From NCBI GenBank assembly GCA_045106895.1, contig JBGCFM010000039.1, positions 32,001 to 96,000 on the forward strand: 64,000 nt of DNA, given 5' to 3'. Below are positions 1 to 9,769 of the stretch, piece by piece (within the stretch, counting starts at the first letter, position 1; each line of letters opens with the position of its first letter). The stretch comes from Polyangiales bacterium. GTDB taxonomy: Bacteria; Myxococcota_A; Polyangia; Polyangiales; Houyiibacteriaceae. The notes beneath the pieces are model-generated. The model saw nothing but the letters and a program-made list of their open reading frames with translations, had not been told where the DNA came from and ran no database searches. The position numbers were made by a program, and so were the translations under genes.

Positions 1-95
1 TCCAGGGCATCGCCGCAAGCTGGATCGTCAGCGTCCCCGCGGCGGGCGTCTTCTGCGCCCTGCTCACGCTCATTTTTCAGTGGGTGATCGCTTAG
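1..95 (+). CDS. 3' end of a membrane protein, probably a PiT-family inorganic phosphate transporter (partial)
   Basis: Frame from base 3 reads QGIAASWIVSVPAAGVFCALLTLIFQWVIA*. The I..SWI.(T/S)VP.AG stretch resembles PiT C-termini. Confidence 0.55.
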   Translation, partial: QGIAASWIVSVPAAGVFCALLTLIFQWVIA

Positions 96-101
96 CCCAC
101 G

Positions 102-3100
102 TCAGGCTTGGAGCGGCCAGCTTAGAGCGCTCATCCCGGGCGTGAGCGCCTGAATGGCGACGCGAAGCTCCTTCATCGTGACACGGTCGTCGCTGTTGCG
201 GCGAATAGCACGACGGACCATCTCCGCGGCACCGCGGGTCCTGGGGTCTTGGCTCATCGTGCCTATGCGAGCCGGTAGACCATCATGGGTCAGGTGCGCC
301 GTGATGGTGGCGAGGTCGTTGGACTCCTCAAAGAGAGTGCGACCGGTCAGGAGTTCGTACGCGAGACACCCGAAGGCATAGACGTCGGCCGGTGTCGCGG
401 AGCCGGTGGTGCCATGGTCATGGCCCCAGACTTCCGGTGCGCCGTAGCTGGCGGTGCCGCAGCCTGGGCGCAGTTGGCGACCCGCCAGACCAAAGTCCAC
501 AAGCACTGGGGCATCCGGAGCAGCGGGGCCCGCGAGTCCATCCGAATCGCGAGCGATCACGTTGGAGGGCTTGAGGTCCAGGTGCGCGACGCCGACGGAA
601 TGCATCGCCTCAAGCCCCGACGCGATTCCCAGAAGCAAGTCCATGACCCGCGGCATATCCAAGTCACGGGACTCGATGACGCGCTCCAAGTTGGGTCCTT
701 CAACGAGCTCCATCACGAGGAGCGGCTTCGGCCGCGCGCCCGCATCGAAGGTGACGAAGCCGGCCAAGTTCTCGTGCGAAGGCAACGCCAAGAGCGCACC
801 CGCTTCTTGCCGAAAGAGGTTGAGGAACTCCTCCTCCGACAACGTTCGCGCTGCGGCTCCTGAGTAGTCTGGGACTTTCAGCGCAAACTGCTCCGCGCTG
901 GCGTCGTGGCGAGCATCGCTTCGCCGAGCGACGAAGACGGAGCCGACGGCTCCGGCGCCAATGGGCCGTGCCAAGTAGAACCCGCCGATGACGCGGCTCG
1001 GCGGAACCCAAGCGGGAAGGGAAATCTCCTTCTTGGTGGCCACCGGCAAGAACGACGCGCGTCCTTGCCGGGGCGCATCCGCGGGCAAGGTCGTCAAGAC
1101 CTCCATCGAAGTGATGATGGCGCGCACGAGGGCCGAGGGGAGCTCCGCTTCGAAGGTCTCCGCCGCCGCCTCGATGGACTGCGCGAGCCCTTCGGTGTTT
1201 CCACGGATGGCGCGCTCAAGATGGATGTCGACGAAGCGCACCGCGTGGCCGGACTCGGGGCGCTGGATGGTGCCCGACGCGAGACGCCGAGCTGCGCCTG
1301 CGGAGAGCTGCGCCAAGGTCTGAACCGCACGCTCCAGCGCAGCCAGTGGCATCTCTCCTCCGGAACGTTCCGCCAGTTCACGAAGGGAGGCCGACGCGAC
1401 GAGCGGTTCGAGGCTGTACATCAAGTCGAGGAGGGCACTTCGAAGCGCCTCCACCCGAGGTGAAGTCGCGATGGGAAGCTCATGTGCCAGCCGCGAGAGG
1501 TCGTTGAGGCTCGCCCGCGCCGCGCGCCCCGTTGAGCCCTCGCGCGCCGCGATGGTGCGCTCGAGACGAGCGTACGCGCGCAACGCCGTGTCCAGGTCCG
1601 GCACCATGGACGCTTCCGCCATGGTTCGTTGGTCGTGGTGCGTTTGGGTAAGACGGCCAGCGACGAGCAGGATATCGCTCACCTCGCAGGTCTCCTCGCG
1701 GACGAGCGCGTCGCAGGCTCGCGCCGCCGCCGCGCATAGAGCACGCCGAAGTGACTTCGCTTTGTCGTCGCGGACGCGGGCAAGCAATACCTGAGCGGTG
1801 AGCAAACGGCGCTGACGGACCATCTCGTGGCGGTCATCCACGCGCCGGCCATCGGCATCGACGAGGCGCAGGAACGTACGAAGGCGTCGAAGGCGATGCA
1901 CAAAATGCGGCGCGTCTTCGTGCTGGTTCGCATAACCCTCATGGATGACGAGCCAGTTCGTGAGTCGCTGAAAGAGGTCACCGAGGGGGCGTACGCTCTC
2001 GTCGGCGGTCTCCGCCTGAGACGAGAGGCTCAAAAGGTTGGCCAAAGAGTCCGACGCCAACAGAGCGCGGTCGATGGTTCGAATCGCCCGAAACGCCCAG
2101 CGCCGACCGCCGCTGTCTTCATCCGACGTGTGCTCCTCAAGTTCGTCGACGAGACGATGTGCGACGTCTAGCGCATGCATCGCCGCACCGCGTGCCGCGA
2201 CGGGCCCCTCCGTATGAAAGAGCTCCACGCCGCGATCGATGAGCGGGATCAAGGCGCCTGGAGGCTCCCCTTCGAGCTCAGCGACGACGCTTCGAAGCAG
2301 TGAAAAGGCGCCGTCGTCGAAGATCGCTTCGTTGTTGAGTCGCTGCTTTAGGTGCGCCACAGCGGACTTCGCGGCCCACTCGCCGAACTCCGGCGCGACA
2401 CGCTCACGTCGAAGCTCCACAAGCGCCTCGGCGGCGGAAAGGTCTCCAGCACGGACAAGCAAATCCGCGAACTCCGTGGCCAGCTCGGGTTCTACTTCGG
2501 CTACGCGAGGAAGCGCCATCAGCATCGCGGCTGCAACACCGGGATCCTTCTTCATGATCGTGCTGCCGAGCAGCTCCCGGGAGCGTTCGATGGCCTCCGG
2601 GCGCACAGCGATGCTCGCGACGGTGCTCGCCGCGGCGCGACGCCACTCCGTCACGCCCAGCCCTTCCCCAAGGTGGCGCTCGATCTCCTCGGCGAGATCC
2701 GGGCGCGCGACGGAGAGAAGCCCACGCGCGGACGCTACGTGACGCCAGACAAGGGACTCTCGATCCGCGAGAAGCCGCGCCCACGCGTCGCGGATGTCCG
2801 CAGTGTCAAAGATCCGTACGCCGCTGTCGTCGCCTTCGCTTGCGCGCTGCGCTGCCTCACGCGCGGCCCGCTCGAGCAGCCGCGCCGCCAAACGTCGCGA
2901 AGGCAGCGAGCCCATCGAAGGGGAACGGAGCCATTCGATACTGGATCCGCGACGCGAGATAAGCGCGAGCGCCAGCGCATCCGCGCGAGAAGAAGAACCG
3001 AGCGGCAGGTCCAGCGAAAGCGCGACGCGCGCTCTGTTTCCCGCGCCGCCGAGAGCCTTCGACCCGCCGAGTGCAATCTGCGTCGCCATCCCAACAAACG

Positions 3101-3437
3101 TGCGTCCGTCAGCCGTGCGTAGGCTCGCCAACACATGACGGCCGATGGTCCGCTTCTCGCCGCATGCGGGCAACGCCGACGCAAGCTCGTAGAGCGCAGC
3201 CCCCCTCGCCGCGGCGCTGAGGAACGAGAGATGATCGAGGAGACCTGTGTCGATGGCGACCTTGCACGAATCACGGAGCGCAGCGGGGTCTAATCCCTCG
3301 AGCGGCACGTAACGGCGGTGGTCCGAAACTGCCGCCGCGAGCGTCGCCATGCTCTGCCGCCAAACGCTGCCACGCTCCTCTGGGTCAGAGATGCGATGCA
3401 GCTGCACAAGTCCTTCTAGGTAGTTCGCCTCGCCCAC
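102..3437 (-). CDS. Ser/Thr protein kinase with a ~800-aa N-terminal helical region and a C-terminal kinase domain
   Basis: Kinase motifs IGAGAVGSV, ALK, HLDLKPSNV, DFG, GTASYGAPE, DVYAFG. Likely GTG start at 3437; the ORF track extends to 3566. Confidence 0.9.
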   Translation of the reverse strand: MGEANYLEGLVQLHRISDPEERGSVWRQSMATLAAAVSDHRRYVPLEGLDPAALRDSCKVAIDTGLLDHLSFLSAAARGAALYELASALPACGEKRTIGRHVLASLRTADGRTFVGMATQIALGGSKALGGAGNRARVALSLDLPLGSSSRADALALALISRRGSSIEWLRSPSMGSLPSRRLAARLLERAAREAAQRASEGDDSGVRIFDTADIRDAWARLLADRESLVWRHVASARGLLSVARPDLAEEIERHLGEGLGVTEWRRAAASTVASIAVRPEAIERSRELLGSTIMKKDPGVAAAMLMALPRVAEVEPELATEFADLLVRAGDLSAAEALVELRRERVAPEFGEWAAKSAVAHLKQRLNNEAIFDDGAFSLLRSVVAELEGEPPGALIPLIDRGVELFHTEGPVAARGAAMHALDVAHRLVDELEEHTSDEDSGGRRWAFRAIRTIDRALLASDSLANLLSLSSQAETADESVRPLGDLFQRLTNWLVIHEGYANQHEDAPHFVHRLRRLRTFLRLVDADGRRVDDRHEMVRQRRLLTAQVLLARVRDDKAKSLRRALCAAAARACDALVREETCEVSDILLVAGRLTQTHHDQRTMAEASMVPDLDTALRAYARLERTIAAREGSTGRAARASLNDLSRLAHELPIATSPRVEALRSALLDLMYSLEPLVASASLRELAERSGGEMPLAALERAVQTLAQLSAGAARRLASGTIQRPESGHAVRFVDIHLERAIRGNTEGLAQSIEAAAETFEAELPSALVRAIITSMEVLTTLPADAPRQGRASFLPVATKKEISLPAWVPPSRVIGGFYLARPIGAGAVGSVFVARRSDARHDASAEQFALKVPDYSGAAARTLSEEEFLNLFRQEAGALLALPSHENLAGFVTFDAGARPKPLLVMELVEGPNLERVIESRDLDMPRVMDLLLGIASGLEAMHSVGVAHLDLKPSNVIARDSDGLAGPAAPDAPVLVDFGLAGRQLRPGCGTASYGAPEVWGHDHGTTGSATPADVYAFGCLAYELLTGRTLFEESNDLATITAHLTHDGLPARIGTMSQDPRTRGAAEMVRRAIRRNSDDRVTMKELRVAIQALTPGMSALSWPLQA

Positions 3438-3520
3438 GCCCGGGAATACTACGGCGGCGGCGGCGATAAGACAGTGTCGAATCCAGATTTTTCGGCGCGG
3501 CGAGGTCTCAAGCGAGCTAT

Positions 3521-4048
3521 GTGCGTTGTGTGGGTAGCAACGAAGGGGGCAGGGACGGGGCTTCAAGAGAGGGACAAGCCCTTGCGCCCGCGAGCGTGGC
3601 GTACTGGAGACTGGCGCAGTTGGTCAACGCTGGGGTCTCCACGCTGACCGCGCTCGGCGCCGCCGGCGCCACGATGTTCTACTCGGATCACTGGTGGGTC
3701 GCGCTTCTGTGCGCAGGGATCGTCTTCACCGCGTCGGCCACCTGGGCCCTCCTCGCGCCGGCGCTGCGATATCGCCGCTTTCGATATTCGCTTCTGGAAA
3801 GCCGTCTGTGGATTCGTTCCGGCGTGTTCTTTCACCGAGAAAAGTCGATCCCACTGGCACGAATTCAACATGTAGATGTGTCGCGAGGGCCCCTCGAGCG
3901 CATGTTTGGCCTCGCAAGGGTGACTGTCTTCACCGCCGGCGGACGACTGGCGACGGCGCAAATCCCTGGGCTTACTCCGGAGCGCGCCGACGCACTGCGT
4001 CTCGCCCTCCTCGGCGCCACGGAGTCCCTGGTGCGGGGCTCCGCGTGA
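3521..4048 (+). CDS. YdbS-like bacterial PH-domain (bPH_2) membrane protein
   Basis: Two TM segments, then YRRFRY..RSGVF..IPLARIQHVDVSRGPLERMFGLA..TAGG. Start uncertain (3521 or 3530). Confidence 0.85.
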   Translation: MRCVGSNEGGRDGASREGQALAPASVAYWRLAQLVNAGVSTLTALGAAGATMFYSDHWWVALLCAGIVFTASATWALLAPALRYRRFRYSLLESRLWIRSGVFFHREKSIPLARIQHVDVSRGPLERMFGLARVTVFTAGGRLATAQIPGLTPERADALRLALLGATESLVRGSA

Positions 4049-5553
4049 GACCAAAACGGCTGCATCCGGCTCACATCTTTTTGGCGGCAGCGTCCTACCT
4101 GCGGCGGCTCCTTGTCTTCGTGGGCTTGGTGCTGTTCCAAGTCGGTCGCGACCAATCGACGTCGACGCTCTTGGGCGTCTTTGTTGGCGTATTGTTCATT
4201 ATCCTCGGCGCCGCCTTCGTGGACTGGTGGCGCTTTCGTTTCTCCCTTGAAGGCTCCCACTTCGTGATCACCAGCGGCGTCGTGTCGTTGAAGCGGCGGG
4301 AGATACCGCTGGCCAAGATCCAAGATCTCGCCTTCGAACGAAACGCACTCCATCGTATCCTCGGGCTCGTCTCCGTTTCATTGCAGACTTCGGGAACCGC
4401 TGGGGCCGAGGCCGCGCTGAGCGCCGTGAGCGAGGACGACGCCGAAGAGCTCAAGCGGCTCCTCGTCGGTCCCGGCACGGGAGTCACGGATGGTGTCACG
4501 AAGGATGCGCCTTCGGCCCCCGCCGCTCCCATCATTCGGCTTGGAGTGCGCGACCTCATCCTTCGTGGCCTCACCGACAACCGCGCTGGACTGCTCATCG
4601 CGGGGGCACTCGGCGTATTTCATGAAGCCCTCGAAGCGCAAGCGGACCTCGTCAAAGTCCTCATCATGGGCGCCGCGGCTCGTTTTGATGATGCCGGCGC
4701 GCTCGGCGGGACTACGCTCATCGCCGTCGCTCTGATCATCGTGTGGCTCCTTGGGTACATCGCGTCCTCGGTGTTCAACCTGCTCGTCTTCTACGGCTTC
4801 GAGCTTCGCGAGCGCGACGGAACGTTCCACCGACGCTTTGGGCTGATCACGCTCAAGTCCCACTCACTCCCACGAGGGCGAATCCAAGCGCTAACCATCC
4901 ACCAAACGCTGATGCGACGCCTTCTCGGCGTCGCATCGGTTCAAGTGCGCGACATGGGTGGCGGCCAAGATCAGCAAGAGGCGAAACGCGTTGGCTCCGA
5001 CACCTTCGTCCCAGCCGGCAAACTGAGCGCGCTCCTCGGGGTACGACGCCACGTCTTCCCGGACGCTCCGACGCCGAACTGGCGACGCGTATCGACGCGG
5101 CTTGTGCGCCGAAGCGCCACAGCGGGGGCCCTCCTGACCACACCATTCTTCGTCCTCGCCTACTTCAACGACTCCGCCGCCATGGCGTTCTTGCCCATCG
5201 TTGGCGCGGTCCTCGGCGGCCTCGCTGGATGGCGCCGCTACCATGTCCTCGCGTACGATTTCTCCGCGGACTACTTCGCGCTCCGCGATGGGATCTTTGG
5301 TCGAACTTGGACCGACATCCCGCTACGTCGCATCGAAGCCGTTCGAATCGACCGCTCTCCCCTCGACCGGTGGCACGGTGTCGCAACGCTCCGCGTCGTG
5401 GTGGGAGGCGGAGGCGTCTTTTCAGTGCCCAACGTCGCCCTTAGCTCCGCCGAGCATGTCCGAGACGAGGTGGAGCGAGCGCTTCCGGTCCCGAGAATCA
5501 GGGAATTTGAGCCTTCTGGCGCGCAAGCGCCGACGGAACCTCTCCCGCTCTGA
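4045..5553 (+). CDS. YdbT-like membrane protein with three bPH_2 domains
   Basis: GTGA overlap with the upstream gene. RLHP start; repeated IP..KIQ/RIQ/RIE...R..G.A.V motifs separated by TM pairs. Confidence 0.85.
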   Translation: MRPKRLHPAHIFLAAASYLRRLLVFVGLVLFQVGRDQSTSTLLGVFVGVLFIILGAAFVDWWRFRFSLEGSHFVITSGVVSLKRREIPLAKIQDLAFERNALHRILGLVSVSLQTSGTAGAEAALSAVSEDDAEELKRLLVGPGTGVTDGVTKDAPSAPAAPIIRLGVRDLILRGLTDNRAGLLIAGALGVFHEALEAQADLVKVLIMGAAARFDDAGALGGTTLIAVALIIVWLLGYIASSVFNLLVFYGFELRERDGTFHRRFGLITLKSHSLPRGRIQALTIHQTLMRRLLGVASVQVRDMGGGQDQQEAKRVGSDTFVPAGKLSALLGVRRHVFPDAPTPNWRRVSTRLVRRSATAGALLTTPFFVLAYFNDSAAMAFLPIVGAVLGGLAGWRRYHVLAYDFSADYFALRDGIFGRTWTDIPLRRIEAVRIDRSPLDRWHGVATLRVVVGGGGVFSVPNVALSSAEHVRDEVERALPVPRIREFEPSGAQAPTEPLPL

Positions 5554-5658
5554 GTCTCTCTCGTCAGGAACGCGGCGGGAAAGCTTCTCGATTTTTGAAT
5601 CGCGCACTATGTTCTCCACAGCGCTAAGTGGAGCGCTCAACGATGGAAAGCCAAGTTC

Positions 5659-7281
5659 ATGGATGAAGGCGTCTTTAGAGTTCCCGCACCAGCCAACGAA
5701 CCCGTACGCGCTTACCTCGCCGGGTCTGAAGATCGCGCTCGCCTCGACGAAGCGCTCAAGAACATCGCGGGGGAACGCTTAGACATCGGTGCCGTTATCA
5801 ACGGTAAGGAGGTGCGCGGCGGCACGACGGAAGACGTCGTCATGCCCCACGACCACCAGCATGTGCTCGGCCAAGTCCACAACACGAGCGCCGAGGACGT
5901 GGACGCCGCGATCCAAGGAGCCCTCGCCGCCGCTCCCGCGTGGCAGGCCCTCACTTTTGAAGAACGCGCCGCCATCTTTCTTCGCGCCGCGACGCTCCTC
6001 GAAGGGCCGTGGCGGATGCGAATCAACGCGGCCTGTATGCACGGGCAGTCGAAGACTTGTTACCAGGCAGAGATCGATGCGGCCTGTGAGCTCATCGACT
6101 TCTTTCGCTTCAACGCGTCGTTTGCCCAGCAGATTCACGAGCACCAGCCGCGTTCCTCCGTCGGCGTTTGGAACCGTAGCGAGTACCGCCCCCTCGAGGG
6201 CTTTGTCTTCGCGGTCTCTCCCTTCAACTTCTTGAGCATTGCGGTGAATCTCCCCGCTGCGCCGGCCTTGATGGGGAACGTGGTCCTCTGGAAGCCGTCG
6301 ACCACTTCGATGGTCGGCGCATGGCACTGTCTTCAGCTTCTCAAGGCAGCCGGACTCCCGGACGGCGTCATCCAGCTGGTCCCCGGTGACGGGAAGACCC
6401 AGGGCGATGCCGCGTTGGCGAGCCCTCACCTCGCGGCGATCCACTTCACAGGCAGCACCGGCACGTTCAAAGCGCTCTGGCGGGGTGTTGCGGAGCGCCT
6501 GGACCAGTACCGGAGCTTTCCACGACTTGTGGGCGAGACGGGCGGCAAAGACTTCATCCTCTACCACTCCAGCGCTGAGCTCGACTCGGCGGCGACGGCC
6601 ATCGTGCGTGGTGCGTTTGAATACCAGGGCCAAAAATGCAGCGCCGCATCGCGCCTCTACGTGCCAAAGTCGCTCTACCCGCAGCTTGAAGAACGAGTTC
6701 TCGACATGCTTCAAGGCGTCAAAGTTGGCGACCCCCGGGACTATTCGAACTTCATGAGCGCCGTCATCGACCGCCGCTCTTTCGACAAGATCACAGGCTA
6801 CCAGGCGTTGGCCAAAGACACCGCCAACGTTCGCTTCGGCGGGACGTCCGACGACTCCAAGGGGTTCTTCATCGACCCGACTTTCGTTCGCGTCGACGAC
6901 CCGCGTCACCGCCTTATGGAGGAGGAGATCTTCGGCCCCGTCGTCACCGCCTTCGTCTACGACGACGACAAGTGGGACGAGGTTCTCCAGACCATCGACA
7001 CGACCTCTCCTTACGCGCTCACCGGCGCTGTATTCTCTCAAGACCGCTACGCGGTGCAGCAAGCGAGTCGCGCCCTTCGGAACGCCGCCGGCAACTTCTA
7101 TATCAACGACAAGCCCACCGGCGCCGTCGTCGGTCAGCAGCCCTTCGGCGGCGGACGCAAGAGCGGCACCAACGATAAGGCGGGCGCGATGTGGAACCTC
7201 CTGCGCTGGACCTCACCGAGGTCCATCAAAGAGACCCAGGTTCCTGCCGTCGACTGGCGCTACGGGTTCTTGGACTCGTGA
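5659..7281 (+). CDS. pruA: L-glutamate gamma-semialdehyde (P5C) dehydrogenase
   Basis: PANEPV, QAEID, FTGST, GETGGKDF, AFEYQGQKCSA, NFYINDKPTGAVVGQQPFGG..SGTNDKAG. Confidence 0.95.
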   Translation: MDEGVFRVPAPANEPVRAYLAGSEDRARLDEALKNIAGERLDIGAVINGKEVRGGTTEDVVMPHDHQHVLGQVHNTSAEDVDAAIQGALAAAPAWQALTFEERAAIFLRAATLLEGPWRMRINAACMHGQSKTCYQAEIDAACELIDFFRFNASFAQQIHEHQPRSSVGVWNRSEYRPLEGFVFAVSPFNFLSIAVNLPAAPALMGNVVLWKPSTTSMVGAWHCLQLLKAAGLPDGVIQLVPGDGKTQGDAALASPHLAAIHFTGSTGTFKALWRGVAERLDQYRSFPRLVGETGGKDFILYHSSAELDSAATAIVRGAFEYQGQKCSAASRLYVPKSLYPQLEERVLDMLQGVKVGDPRDYSNFMSAVIDRRSFDKITGYQALAKDTANVRFGGTSDDSKGFFIDPTFVRVDDPRHRLMEEEIFGPVVTAFVYDDDKWDEVLQTIDTTSPYALTGAVFSQDRYAVQQASRALRNAAGNFYINDKPTGAVVGQQPFGGGRKSGTNDKAGAMWNLLRWTSPRSIKETQVPAVDWRYGFLDS

Positions 7282-7442
7282 GCGACGAACGGAAAGAAAT
7301 CGCTGGAGATGGCGAAGAGCGAGTGAAGGGCCGTCAGAAAGACGGCGCCCCGCCCGCGCGCGAACTCTGGCGGGTGATTCTCGTGGGCGTCCCGGTCATG
7401 ATCGCCGTTTGGTATTTGATGCGCTGGCTCGGCTTGCGCTAA
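7278..7442 (+). CDS. small single-TM protein (54 aa)
   Basis: GTG start overlaps the pruA TGA (GTGA). Charged N-terminus followed by LWRVILVGVPVMIAVWYLMRWLGL. Confidence 0.55.
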   Translation: MSDERKEIAGDGEERVKGRQKDGAPPARELWRVILVGVPVMIAVWYLMRWLGLR

Positions 7443-7678
7443 GAGAGTTCGCTCACAGTACGTTGTTCGCTGGCCACCTGCGTGGGCCGGAGCCGACGGA
7501 TCTGGCGCGACGCGAGCGAAAAACGCTTTTTTCGGCTGCATCTAAAGCTCCTTGGCGGAAGGCCGTTGACGTAGTCATGTGCCGTTTTGTGCCGACAAGA
7601 AGTGCTGAAAAACGATCCACGCATTTGGGTGAGTTTTCGCCCCCTCGCTCCTCGCAAAAAAGGAGCTTTTCGTTGAAA

Positions 7679-7707
7679 CCTAGGTAAGCTAGCGCGGCTT
7701 ACCTAGG
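7679..7707. promoter_or_regulatory. perfect 11-bp inverted repeat (candidate operator or hairpin)
   Basis: CCTAGGTAAGC-N7-GCTTACCTAGG, about 85 bp upstream of the OmpA/TSP3 gene. Confidence 0.55.
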
Positions 7708-7791
7708 GTAGTCATTGGATGTGTCAGGGGGCCTCCTCGCGGAGCTGACAAACCAGAACTTTATAAGTGCCTAATTCAGAGGATAGTTGGA

Positions 7792-9666
7792 ATGAATAAG
7801 ACCATCAGAACGCAGGGAATACTCGCTGCTGTGATTGCGGGAATGCTCGGCTTCTCGGCCGGCGCCGCAGCTCAAGAATCTGCGACGTTGAACCAATTTA
7901 GGGCTTCTGAGACGCCCAACGACGGCTTTGCGATGAGCCGGCCCGACGACCTCGGGCACATGGACCTCGGAGCGCAACTCCACGTCGACTACGCGAACGA
8001 CCCTCTCGTCTACGAGACCTCCCTCGGCGACTCGGACTCCGAGTCCACACGCGTCGTGTCCGACGAGCTCACCGCACAGGTCGGTCTCGCCTTCGGTCTC
8101 TTCGACCGACTGGTCATCTACGCCGGCCTCCCTGTCGTCCTCTGGATGAATGGCGAAGACACCACCGGCCTAAACGTTCCAGCCGCAGACGGCTCCGGCC
8201 TCGGCGACGTCTTCCTCGGCGCTCGTGTTCGCCTCCTCGGTGAGCGCGACGACAGCTTCGGACTCGGTCTTCAGGTCACGGGAACCTTCCCCACCGGCGG
8301 CGGCGCGTACCGCGGCGACAACTTCCTCACGATTCACCCAGAGCTTCTGGCTGAAGTCCGTGCCGACATCCTCCGCATCACGTTGAACGCCGGCGCTCGT
8401 TTCCGCGAGAACCAGACCTTCCAGTCCGCAGCAGGCGCAGCCGAGGTCACCGTTGGAGACCAGTTCACCTTCGCTCTCGGCATCAGCGTCCCTCTCTACG
8501 GCACGCACCTTCAGCCCGGCACCACGCGCCTCGATCTTCACGTCCAGGCTTGGGGCTCCACGGCCTTCAACAACTTCTTCGACCGCGAAGAGACGCCTTT
8601 CGAGGCTCTCGCCGGCCTCAAGTTCCACCACAGCTCCGGCATCGTGGCGGGTCTCTCCGGCGGCACCGGCCTCAACCGCGGCTTTGGAAGCCCTGACTTC
8701 CGCGCCATCGGCACCATCGGCTGGACCCCAGCAGGCGAAGCCGCCGCTGCACCTCCTTCGGACCCAGACGTCGACACCGACGGTGACGGCCTCATGGACA
8801 ACGTCGACGAATGTCCGACCGAGCCTGAAGACGTCGACTCCTTCGAGGACGAGAACGGCTGCCCGGACACCGACAACGACAACGACGGAATCCTCGACGC
8901 CGATGACCAGTGCCCAATGGACCCAGAGGACATGGACGCCTTTGAGGACGAGAACGGCTGCCCAGACCCGGACAACGACGAAGACGGCATCCTCGACACC
9001 GCCGATGAGTGCCCCATGCAGCCCGAAGACTTCGACCAGTTCGAAGACGAGAACGGTTGCCCCGACCCGGACAACGATGGAGACGGCGTCATGGACGGCG
9101 CTGACAACTGCCCACTTGAAGCAGGCGTCGTTGCAAACAATGGCTGCCCCGACGCAGACCGCGATGGCGACACCGTCGTCGACCGACTCGACAACTGTCC
9201 CGACGAAGCTGGCACCGTGGCCAACCAGGGCTGCCGAGCTCGCCAGCAGGTTGTCATTCGTGACGGCCAGCTCGAGATTCTCGACAAGGTCTTCTTCCGC
9301 ACCAACAGTGACCGCATCCTGAGCCGCTCCAACCGTCTCTTGAACAACGTCGCCCAGGTCATCAACAACCACCCGGAGATCACCATCATCCGAGTCGAAG
9401 GTCACACCGATGACCGCGGTGACGACGACTACAACATGGACCTCTCCCGCCGTCGTGCGGAGGCCGTCGTTGCTTACCTCATCCGTAAGGACGTCGAAGC
9501 CGGTCGCCTCCGAGCCGCAGGCTTCGGTGAGACTCGCGCCATCGAGACGAACGACACCCGTGAGGGTCGCGCTGCCAACCGCCGCGTGGAGTTCAACCTC
9601 GGCGAGGGTGGAAGCGACATCCAGCAGCAGAATAGCGGCCCAGGCGCCGACTCCATCGACAGCTAG
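7792..9666 (+). CDS. TraB-like outer-membrane protein: beta-barrel + thrombospondin type-3 repeats + OmpA C-terminal domain
   Basis: Signal peptide; repeated DxDxDGIxDxxDxCPxxPED units; VEGHTD, LSRRRAEAV, NRRVEF. RBS GAGGA upstream. Confidence 0.92.
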   Translation: MNKTIRTQGILAAVIAGMLGFSAGAAAQESATLNQFRASETPNDGFAMSRPDDLGHMDLGAQLHVDYANDPLVYETSLGDSDSESTRVVSDELTAQVGLAFGLFDRLVIYAGLPVVLWMNGEDTTGLNVPAADGSGLGDVFLGARVRLLGERDDSFGLGLQVTGTFPTGGGAYRGDNFLTIHPELLAEVRADILRITLNAGARFRENQTFQSAAGAAEVTVGDQFTFALGISVPLYGTHLQPGTTRLDLHVQAWGSTAFNNFFDREETPFEALAGLKFHHSSGIVAGLSGGTGLNRGFGSPDFRAIGTIGWTPAGEAAAAPPSDPDVDTDGDGLMDNVDECPTEPEDVDSFEDENGCPDTDNDNDGILDADDQCPMDPEDMDAFEDENGCPDPDNDEDGILDTADECPMQPEDFDQFEDENGCPDPDNDGDGVMDGADNCPLEAGVVANNGCPDADRDGDTVVDRLDNCPDEAGTVANQGCRARQQVVIRDGQLEILDKVFFRTNSDRILSRSNRLLNNVAQVINNHPEITIIRVEGHTDDRGDDDYNMDLSRRRAEAVVAYLIRKDVEAGRLRAAGFGETRAIETNDTREGRAANRRVEFNLGEGGSDIQQQNSGPGADSIDS

Positions 9667-9681
9667 ACTGCTCACGCACCG

Positions 9682-9717
9682 AAAAGCCCACCCGATATCG
9701 GGTGGGCTTTTTTGTTT
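9682..9717 (+). terminator. intrinsic terminator (potentially bidirectional)
   Basis: AAAAGCCCACCCGAT/ATCGGGTGGGCTTTT palindrome plus T-run just after the stop at 9666. Confidence 0.9.
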
Positions 9718-9769
9718 CCGTCAATGTTGCTTCGCCCGCAACGGGACAGGTTCATGGCATGGTGTGCCC

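Noticed and set aside
3694..4044. N-terminal extension of the 619-aa ORF
   Set aside because: Overlaps the YdbS-like gene; the GTGA-coupled start at 4045 is more plausible.
8770..9230. Periodic DNA repeats resembling an array
   Set aside because: Coding TSP3 repeats with degenerate third positions; not CRISPR, and no cas genes are present.
9410..9769. N-terminal extension of the HD-GYP ORF
   Set aside because: Runs through the OmpA gene end and its terminator; ATG 9770 fits the GAF domain start.
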